Origin: Octopus sinensis
Lineage: Eukaryota
NCBI RefSeq assembly: GCF_006345805.1
Contig: NW_021833445.1
Coordinates: forward strand, 1-64,000
DNA length: 64,000 bases
Direction of reading: 5' to 3'
Part shown: in pieces, positions 55,351-64,000 of the stretch
How the letters are laid out: the number at the start of each line of letters is the position of its first letter
How positions within the stretch are numbered: the stretch's first letter is position 1
Notes under the pieces: generated by a model
Told to the model about the DNA's origin: nothing
The model's input: only the letters and a program-made list of their open reading frames with translations
Database searches by the model: none
Made by a program: the position numbers and the translations under genes

Positions 55351-55914
55351 TTTCTTTATTAGCCACACAGACAGGACAAAATTACAAGGTAGAGCTTTTC
55401 TTTTGGGGGTAAAAGAAGGGGGTTTGGTTTTCGATCAAAAGGGATCGTAAATGGAAAGAAAGAGGACAAAATAAGGGGGGGATATAATTTTAAAAAAAAG
55501 GTGGGGGGAAGGAAAGATAGATAGATAGATGTAAGGTTATTACTGTTAATAATTTACAATATCAGAGGCGAGCGTGCGTAAAAACCATGAAGACAAAATT
55601 ATAAAAGAATAACGAAGGCTGGCACAGGTGGTACGAGCAAACTAAAAATATAACCACAGGGTTCTAGGTTCAGTCCCACTGCATGGCACTCTGGGCACCC
55701 TGGGTCTTCTATTATAGCGTTGGGTCACTAGCGTAGCCCTTCAGCTTGCTGACCCCGGACCCCACAAAAATCACACATTGCCCACAACAATAGCCCACAA
55801 CAGGATGAAGAGTGCCGCCCTTTGAAAGTGCCGCAGGAGGCGAACCCTCCTCTCGCCCCACAATTACGCCAGTGCCTTGGAATTTTGTGGACGGAAAGTG
55901 AAAGTAGCCTTCGT

Positions 55915-55961
55915 GTATGCATGTGTGTGTGTGTGTGTGTACGTGTGTGTGTGTGTATGTG

Positions 55962-56004
<43 letters not shown>

Positions 56005-56099
56005 TTGTGTGTGTTTGTGTGTGTGTGTGTGTGTGTTTGTGTGTATGCATGTGTGTGTGTGTATGCATGTGTGTGTATGCATGTGTGTGTGTGTGTATG

Positions 56100-56165
<66 letters not shown>

Positions 56166-56220
56166 CGTGTGGTTTGTGCGTGTGTGTGTGTGTATGCATG
56201 TGTGTGTGTGTGTGTGTGTG
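55915..56220. repeat. (TG)n microsatellite (expanded family A internal repeat)
   Basis: Direct reading; flanked by family A head-like and tail sequences. Confidence 0.92.
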
Positions 56221-56419
56221 ATTTTGTCTCCCCCATCATCGCTTGACAACTGGTATCGGTGTGTTTATGCCCTGGTAAATTAGCGGTTCGGCAAAAAGAC
56301 CGATAAAATACGTACTAGGCTTAAGAAGAAAAAGCCCTGAGGTCGAGTTGTTCGACTAAAACCCTTGAAGGTAGTGCTCCAGCACGGCCGCAGTGAAATG
56401 GCTGAAACAAGTAAAAGAA

Positions 56420-56815
56420 TAAGTGGCAGTGTGGTAAGTATTATAGCTTGTTTACGAACCACATAGTTCCGGGTTCAGTCCCACTGCATGGCATCTTGGG
56501 CAAGTGTCTTCTACCAAAGCCCCGAGCCGACCAAAGCCTTGTGAGTGGATTTGGTAGACGGAAACTGAAAGAAGCCTGTCGTATATATATATATGCGTTT
56601 GTGTGTCATGTGTGTGTCTGTGTTTTCCCCCAGCATCACTTGACAACCGATGTTGGTGTGTTTACGTCCCCATAACATAGCGGTTCGGCAAAAGAGAACC
56701 GATAGAATAAGTACTAGGCTTACAAAGAATAAGTCCTGGGGTCGATTTGCTCGACTAAAAAAGGCGGTGCTCCAGCATGGCCACAGTCAAATGACTGAAA
56801 CAAGTAAAAGAGTAA
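56420..56815 (+). mobile_element. Family A SINE
   Basis: Near-full copy. Confidence 0.86.
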
Positions 56816-56816
56816 A

Positions 56817-56885
<69 letters not shown>

Positions 56886-56894
<9 letters not shown>

Positions 56895-57258
56895 GCAAGA
56901 TTTTTTATGTGAAGTCGTGTGTTGAAACATATTGTTATATTTCGGAATGGTCATTTTGCCAGTTTAGCCAATAAATAAACATAAACGCACATAGAGATAT
57001 AAGCATGCGCAAATGAAGACATACAATAGAAATACAAAATGGCTGACGGTTAGTAAGGAGAGACACAAATAAGTGAGAAGAAAACAAAGGACCACTGATG
57101 CGGTCACAGGAGTGTGACGAAAGAACTCTGGCTGAAATAAGATTAAGATTAATGTAAAAAATAAATAACACTGAAGCTAAGTAACACCAAAAAATATAGT
57201 GCGTGGGTTTTTATTGGCTAAACTGGCAAAATGACCATTCCGAAATATAACAATATAT
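56886..57258. mobile_element. MITE with at least 47-bp perfect terminal inverted repeats in a TA context
   Basis: 56929-56975 is the reverse complement of 57210-57256; a related right end lies at ~37110-37210. Confidence 0.75.
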
Positions 57259-57363
57259 ACAGTATATATATATATGTATGTATGTATATATATATATATA
57301 ATGGCGTTGCTGATTTGCCATTAAGAAATGAGAACGAGATTTCGATTCGTTAGAGACCACTAG

Positions 57364-57371
57364 TGACGTCA
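57364..57371. promoter_or_regulatory. Perfect CRE palindrome TGACGTCA
   Basis: Exact motif match in non-repeat sequence ~5.7 kb upstream of ORF B. Confidence 0.35.
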
Positions 57372-57600
57372 TTAAAGAAAGGGGGAGGTTAGGAGCGATA
57401 AAGACAGAGCGAAGGGAGAGGGAGAGTAAGAGGGAGAAAGAGACGGTAAGGGAGAGGAGGAGAAAGAGACAGTAAGAGAGAGAGAGAGTGTGTGTGTGTG
57501 TGTTTAGATAGATAGATAGAGAGAGAGAGAGAGTGAAAGATACAAAGAGAAAGAGTGAAAAAGAGACGCCGCAAGGATACAGATAAAGAGAAAGGCGAAC

Positions 57601-57639
<39 letters not shown>

Positions 57640-57699
57640 TAGATGAGTAGACAGGCAAACAGATATATATATATGATAGATAGATAGATAAACAGAGAG

Positions 57700-57758
<59 letters not shown>

Positions 57759-58296
57759 AAGATAGATAGACGGATTAATCGAAAGGCAGAGACGACAGGA
57801 CAAAGAAAGAAAAAAATCTAAGAATTCTTTTGAGGTTTGTTCTGAAGAAATCCGTTAAAGATTTTGTAAAATTTTCGCCGTTTTTTCAAAAAAACAAACA
57901 GCAAAGAACAACAAAAACAAAAACCCCGGTGTGGTGGCTTGATCTGCTAGAAATAGCAGGCGAATATCGACTCTTCTTCAAAAATCATTGCCTCTCGCCC
58001 AACCTGGTTAAGAAGAAGATAAAAGAAAGGAAGACAGACAGACAGACAGACAAGGACACTTTGGACTGATGTAATCCTAGCTACACTTGTATCTGGAAAA
58101 GAAAAAGAAGAAGAAAAAAAACCCTCTAACGAACAAAGGCTAAATACGTAAAAAAAAGAATATAGGACAAAACGGGACGGTCGCGGTTGGAAAGGATTTT
58201 TCGATCAGAGGTAGGTATGGGTGGCTGGTTGCTAGGTTGGTTGTGCGCTGGATTCGAACTGGTGATCGCCAGCAGCCACAGCTACTACTACTACTA

Positions 58297-58337
<41 letters not shown>

Positions 58338-58370
58338 TACTACTACTAATAATAATAATAATAATAATAA

Positions 58371-58926
58371 ATGCCCTGATGCAGTACCAGGCCCTGGCTC
58401 TCATGGCTTCTGATCTGAACTGATTGGAAGTGTTATCATGTACATTGTTTTGTCATGGTATAAAAGATGGCCTACAGCAAATATTCTGCTCAATACCACA
58501 GATTTGCTTGTCAGTTGTTTGACCTTAACCAGTTGAGCATGTCCCTTAGTGGCTGACGATATGTGCATCTCTGATCACGAGCAGAAGTAGTTGGGGAGCA
58601 TCATAGCCATGTGTTGAGAGGGATTCTTTGGGGTTTGAATAATTCACCTCTGGAAACACGGGTGGTTCTTTCAACATCCTTAAACAACCCTTATTCAGGG
58701 ACCTTTTGAGCGGGATGGGCTACTCAACCTGAAGAAAATTCTACCTGGGCCCCACCTGCAAGGTCATGTGCTGTTTATCTTGATATGAGATCACCATGTC
58801 GCGCACATATGGTTGTGATGCATGTGCCTGGTGTACCCTTATCAGACGGGTAGTCATGATGGGTATACTGGGCTTCGTATATTTTACCCCAGTGTCACTT
58901 TGATGGCATGCACTGCTCTCTCACTC
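58371..58926 (+). mobile_element. 556-bp non-coding (TAA)n-flanked interspersed element, full-length copy
   Basis: ATGCCCTGATGCAGTACC...GCACTGCTCTCTCACTC with (TAA)n on both sides; same right end in four copies. Confidence 0.85.
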
Positions 58927-59127
58927 AATAATAATAATAATACTGTAATATATGAATATTTATGGCTATACCTACACAAGTGTGCCCCACCGACTTTGTT
59001 TCCTCATAACTTTCAGAAAAATGGATATTTTCAAGTGAAACTTTCTACAAATATGTTTCAGATAGTGTAGATTCCGATTATATCGGAATATTCTTGTATT
59101 ATTTTATTTGTTTCAGTCATTATATAT

Positions 59128-59182
<55 letters not shown>

Positions 59183-59714
59183 GTATATGTTTGTGTGTCT
59201 GTGTTTGTCTCCCCAACATCGCTTGACAACCGATGCTGGTGTGTTTACGTCCCTGTAACGTAGCGGTTCGGCAAAAGAGACCGATAGAATAAGTACTAGG
59301 CTTCCAAAAAATAAGTCCTGGGGTCGATTTGCTCGAGTAAAGGCGGTGCTCCAGCATGGCCGCAGTCAAATGACTGAAACAAGTAAGAGAGAAAAGAGAA
59401 ATATAAATACATATGACGGGCTTCTTTCAGTTTCCGTCTACCAAATCCACTCACAAGGCCTTGGTCGACCCGAGGCTATAGCAGAAGACACTTGCCCAAG
59501 GTGCCACGCAGTGGGACTGAACCCAGAACCATGTGGTTGGTAAGCAAGCTACTTACCACACAGTCACTCATGCGCCTATATGAAAACATATTTTTCTGGG
59601 ACTTAGGAGAGGAGTTTCAGAATATTCACACAAGGTGGCTTTGTTTCCTCATAACTTTCAGAAAAATGGGTAATTTTTAACGAAATTTTCTACAAATACC
59701 TTTTGAAGTGTGTA

Positions 59715-60085
59715 TCTCTCTCTATATAAACGGCAGTTTGTCTGTGTGTGTTTCTGTGTGTCTGTTAGGTTGTACCCTCACCCTGACCACGGCTTTCAAC
59801 CGATTCTGATGAAACTTGACACACACATAGCCCAATGTCATAATTCAAATCTAACGCAGCGAAAATTTTGAAAAGTTCCCCAGTTCTGAAAAAAATCGAT
59901 AAATTCGACATGGGTTCGAGAATCAGAAACACAAACCACAGACTGTATAGGGGACGCAACTCGACCTTTTTAACTAAAAAAAAATTTACCATCATTTTTT
60001 TTCCCATTTTTTGGCTATAACTCTCTAAAAATGCTTTATAGTTATTTCCCTTACAAATCCGAGCAACGCCGGGCGATACTGCTAG
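59715..60085 (+). mobile_element. Non-autonomous Helitron sharing its 3' ~110 bp with 50532-50929
   Basis: A|TCTCTCTCTATATAAA 5' end; same hairpin + CTAG|T. Confidence 0.82.
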
Positions 60086-60407
60086 TATTACGATAATATT
60101 GGAATTCAAGATGAAGAACCAAAAACAGCGAGTACGTACACATATACACTGACACACATTACAATTTTGGCAAAGGTAAAGACTTCGTTCACCCGGTGGT
60201 TAAGATTAGGGTTAGGGGTTTTTGTTACGCCGGAAACCAGTGGTGTACATATTCTTTACCTCTGCCGCAATATTTCCTGAAAGAGAAGTTTCGGAAAATT
60301 CCCAGGAGTCAGCTTTGTTTTGTAGATTATGTCGGAATTTAATGCGTAGAATAGAACTACTGCGCAGCTCCATATACGTTCTGACACACACCTCGTATAG
60401 CTACAAA

Positions 60408-60821
60408 GGCGGCGAGTTGGCAGAAACGTTAGAACACCGGGCGAAATGCGTAGCAATATTTCGTCTACCGCTACGTTCAGAGTTCAAATTCCGCCAAGGT
60501 CAACTTTGCCTTTCATCCTTTTGGGTCGATTAAATAAGTACCAGTTACGCACTGGGGTCGATATAATCGACTTAATCTGTTTGTCTGTCCTTGTTTGTCC
60601 CCTCTGTGTTTAGCCCCTTGTGAGTAGTAAAGAAATAGTTATTTCGTCTGTCTTTACGTTCCGAGTTCAAAGTCCGCCGAGGTCAACTTTGCCTTTCATC
60701 CTTTTGGGTCGATTAAATAAGTACCAGTTATGCACTGGAGTCGATGTAATCGACTTAATCCGTTTGTCTGTCCTTGTTTGTCCCCTCTGTGTTTAGCCCC
60801 TTGTGGGCAATAAAGAAATAA
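60408..60821 (+). mobile_element. Family E SINE with duplicated 3' module
   Basis: Modules start at 60480 and 60663; further copies at 798-1008(-), 47335-47518(-). Confidence 0.88.
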
Positions 60822-61604
60822 GAAAGCGAAAGAAGAGGAGAGGGAGAAAGTGAGAGGGAGAGAGTGAGAGAGATTGAGAGAGAAAGAGAAAACGAGAGAA
60901 AAGAAGAGAGTGAAAAAGAACGAAAGAGAGCGAGAGAGAGAGTGAGAGAGTGGACGGGAGAAAGAGAGGGTGAAAGAGAAAGCGAAAGAGGAGGGGGAGA
61001 GAAAGCGGGAGGGAAAGAGAAAGAGGAGAGATGGAGAGAAGGAGAGATATTGAGAGAGAAAGACAAAGAGTAAAGAAAACCGAAAAGAATTCAAACTGTG
61101 TGAGAGGGAGTGATGACAGACCATTATCTTTTTTCTTCTTCTTTTTCTATCTCTTTATTCTTCGTTTACAACAGTTAAAAAAACGAAACGAATCGAAGCA
61201 TTGACGGAAGAACTCGTTCACAAAATTTTGGAATCCTAGATTGGAGAAAGAACAAGGACAGCAACACCAACAGCAACAGCAACAACAAGAAGTGTTTTTC
61301 TCCCCCTTTTTATGGTACACAGATTGAGGGTCGCTCACGTTTATTTTGTCTGTTTATTTCAGGCTCCAGTCATTGAAAAAAAAAAATTTTTTTCTATTAA
61401 GCTGTGAGACTGCAACAGAGACAAAGACAGAGAGGGAGAGGGGAAGGGTCAAAGAAGGCAGAAGAGTGGACGAACCTGTACCTTTCTTTTTCGTCTTCTC
61501 TCTTTCTTCCCGCTTTTATTACCATACATCTTTCTCTTCATCGTTCGCAGTAATTTAAAAGGGAACGAACGAAACACGAAATACGAAGAACCTTGCTAGT
61601 CCAA

Positions 61605-61656
<52 letters not shown>

Positions 61657-62831
61657 TATATAAATATATTTATTTATATTTATATATACACACATCAAAA
61701 AATGGAATAAGAACGTAACAGACGACAATAAAAACACTCTGACAGACAAAGACGGACAGGAACAAACAAGAACGGATCATTCGTGCCTTTCTATTCATCA
61801 GTCAAGTTTCCAATTTATCATTACAGTTTCGGCCTGTTACACTTGAGACTGTTCATATATATATATATATACACACGCGCATACTTTAGGTATTATTATT
61901 GTTGTGTATATATTGTGGAGTGTTTACTCACACACAATATAGTGTGTATATTATTACGCTATTATATATAATATATGCGTTGTTTGTACAATAACCGAAT
62001 TATCTACGTAAGGAGACCAACGAAGAGAGATAGCAAATAGACTACTGGCAGACAAGCTTTTGGAACCTCAACAACTTGAACAGCAAATTTTCTTTGTTTT
62101 GTTTTGTTTTCTCCCGCTTCGTTTTTACTTGAGGTAAGAAGGAATTCGAAGAATTTGGCAGGAAAGAGAGAAACCAAAAGGAAAAAGGAGACGAAAACAA
62201 AAGAGATATCGTCCGAATATTTTTTCTTTAATTTCAAAAAGTACTTTTAAGTTTTTTGTTTTCAAATTCTCTTTGTTTTGTATCGTGTGTTCATACATAC
62301 ATACATACATATATACATACAGACATACATACATACAGACATACAATTTTTGAGATCAAAAATTAAAAAAAAACTATCTGTATATAAATATACCTTGACA
62401 CACACATATACACATATATATGTGCATGCGAGCAAAAACATATATATATAATTACATATAAACACAAATACACTCGTCTATCAGATTATATATATGTAAA
62501 TATCGGTTAGCTCTAATGAGTGTAAAGTTATATAATCGGATTGTTGCCTAACACTCCATTGTACTCTTTACGTGAAACCAAATGGTAAGATCAGCCATGA
62601 TGGATATTTAATACTATACATTTCGGATAATATATATATATATATACCGAAATCAAAAGTTTAAGGAAGAATTATCCGATCGTCCATATTTCCATACATA
62701 CATACACGCAAACATAGGTCTTATGAGGAACGTGATAGATAATTAGACAGACAGACAGATAGATAGATAGATAAATAGATAGATAGGTAGGCAGAAAAAA
62801 GGAGTAGAGATTAAGACAGAAAAGTGGTGGT

Positions 62832-62869
<38 letters not shown>

Positions 62870-63118
62870 GTATAATATTAAACATTGAAAAGACCAACAA
62901 ACCAAGGGTGAGCTGTGAGAAATATGGTGTTGGATTAAGGCTTGAGACACTGCGATAAGTTTGGAGTAACTTAACATTTCGAGCATTTAACCTTCTTCAC
63001 AAAAGAAAGAATAGAGAAAGTGGGAGATAGAGGGAGGAGAGGAGAAAAGTGAGTGGGGAAGGAAAGGAGAGAGAATTAGGGAGTTTTATTTTTCTATAAA
63101 ACAGCAACAATATCAATT

Positions 63119-64000
63119 ATGCCTATATTATGTTGTGCCGAGCTGGATATTATCGCTCTTTTGTTTGGGTTGTATTTGTTATACCAAATGTTCATAAATT
63201 CTGTGCCGGAGATGCTGCGTGAGGAGAAGAAGCGGAGGAAGGTTCCGGTTCCGGTTCAGAGGTCGTTGACTGCGTCGTACGATAAGGATACTGATGTTGA
63301 GGTAGGAACGACTAATTTTGAAGATGATGAATCGAGCGAGGCGGGAAGTTCGAGATCAGTAATAAGAACAATAATAATAGCAGATGAGGGAAACCTGTCG
63401 AATAATTCGTCGGAACAGCTGACGAAAAAAGCGACGATATCAATGTCGGAAACACCGTTGGAAACAGTGTCGGAAATGTCGCCGGCAGGACCATCAGAAA
63501 CACAGTTAAGAAGACCGTCGAAAACACAGTCAAGAAGACCGTCGGAAACAGAGTCAAGAAGACCGTCGGAAACAGAGTCAAGAAGACCGTCGGAAACAGA
63601 GTCAAGAAGACCGTCGGAAACAGAGTCAAGAAGACCGTCGGAAACACAGTCAAGAAGACCGTCGGAAACACAGTCAAGAAGACCGTCGGAAACAGAGTCA
63701 AGAAGACCGTCGGAAACACAGTCAAGAAGACCGTCGGAAACACAGTCAAGAAGACCGTCGGAAACACAGTCAAGAAGACCGTCGGAAACAGTGTCGGAAA
63801 TACCATATGAAAGACCATCAGAAACACAGTCAAGAAGACCGTCAAAAACACTATCGAGAAGACCGTCGGGAACAGCGTCGGAAATAGCGCCGGAAGACCC
63901 ATCAGAAACACATTCAAGAAGACACTCGAAAAGACCGTCGGGAACAGCGTCGGAAATAGCGCCGGAAGAACCATCAGAAACACATTCAAGAAGACACTCG
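63119..64000 (+). CDS. Uncharacterised intronless protein, at least 294 aa, 3'-incomplete: N-terminal hydrophobic anchor, basic cluster, 8-aa SRRPSET(E/Q) tandem repeats (orphan paralogue B)
   Basis: Hand translation from ATG 63119: MPILCCAELDIIALLFGLYLLYQMFINSVPEMLREEKKRRK..., no stop to the window end (882 nt). Not in the ORF track because it lacks a stop; the listed minus ORF 63312-63989 is its antisense shadow. Confidence 0.78.
   Translation, partial: MPILCCAELDIIALLFGLYLLYQMFINSVPEMLREEKKRRKVPVPVQRSLTASYDKDTDVEVGTTNFEDDESSEAGSSRSVIRTIIIADEGNLSNNSSEQLTKKATISMSETPLETVSEMSPAGPSETQLRRPSKTQSRRPSETESRRPSETESRRPSETESRRPSETESRRPSETQSRRPSETQSRRPSETESRRPSETQSRRPSETQSRRPSETQSRRPSETVSEIPYERPSETQSRRPSKTLSRRPSGTASEIAPEDPSETHSRRHSKRPSGTASEIAPEEPSETHSRRHS
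63509..63796 (+). repeat. 24-bp coding minisatellite (12 consecutive units) inside ORF B
   Basis: AGAAGACCGTCGGAAACA(G/C)AGTCA = RRPSET(E/Q)S. Confidence 0.95.

Noticed and set aside
55726-55875. hAT-like MITE (CACTAGCGTAGC...ATTACGCCAGTG), related start near 9256
   Set aside because: Imperfect TIRs and no TSD; too weak to call.
7329-57803. Numerous poly-I/Y, C/V, H/T, S/L, T/P and V/G ORFs in the track
   Set aside because: Translations of (TA)n, (TG)n, (CT)n, (TATC)n, (CAC)n and (TTA)n microsatellites or of SINE bodies.
63095-63101. TATA box for ORF B
   Set aside because: Only 17 nt before the ATG; a TSS 25-30 nt downstream would fall inside the CDS.
63312-63989. 225-aa minus-strand ORF with VFLTVFPT repeats
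   Set aside because: Antisense shadow of ORF B; the + frame has the ATG context and the N-terminal homology to ORF A.

Overview
Eukaryotic, AT-rich, microsatellite- and SINE-saturated genomic DNA. It is most consistent with an octopus (coleoid cephalopod), inferred from the tRNA-headed SINE families and the repeat landscape, not database-confirmed. (1) One complete conserved gene lies on +: a 14-coding-exon SLC13/DASS-family Na+-coupled di/tricarboxylate transporter (ATG 28403 to TAG 48173, 1854 nt CDS, 617 aa). All introns are GT-AG and all phases are compatible. (2) Two intronless + strand ORFs (53521-54141 and 63119 to beyond 64000) share a 26-aa N-terminal membrane-anchor motif (14 of the first 25 aa identical, half of those by different synonymous codons), followed by unrelated low-complexity tails. 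The second ORF is absent from the supplied ORF track and carries 14 RRPS (PKA-consensus) repeats. Perfect CRE palindromes lie upstream of both. (3) A ~126-bp satellite forms a ~7.7-kb array (9360-17105) and a second ~1.25-kb array in SLC13 intron 3. (4) Two short repeat families carry minimal Penelope-type hammerhead ribozyme motifs: one is fused behind a tRNA-derived Pol III head, the other is a core variant present as a tandem dimer. (5) Trains of 5'-truncated R4/Dong-type RLE retrotransposon fragments and a 556-bp non-coding element sit in (TAA)n tracts. There are also RTE and CR1-type LINE fragments, Helitron and MITE elements, several long perfect hairpins and at least six SINE families. 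Most ORFs in the supplied track are microsatellite or SINE artefacts. Repeat boundaries were read by eye and are approximate.
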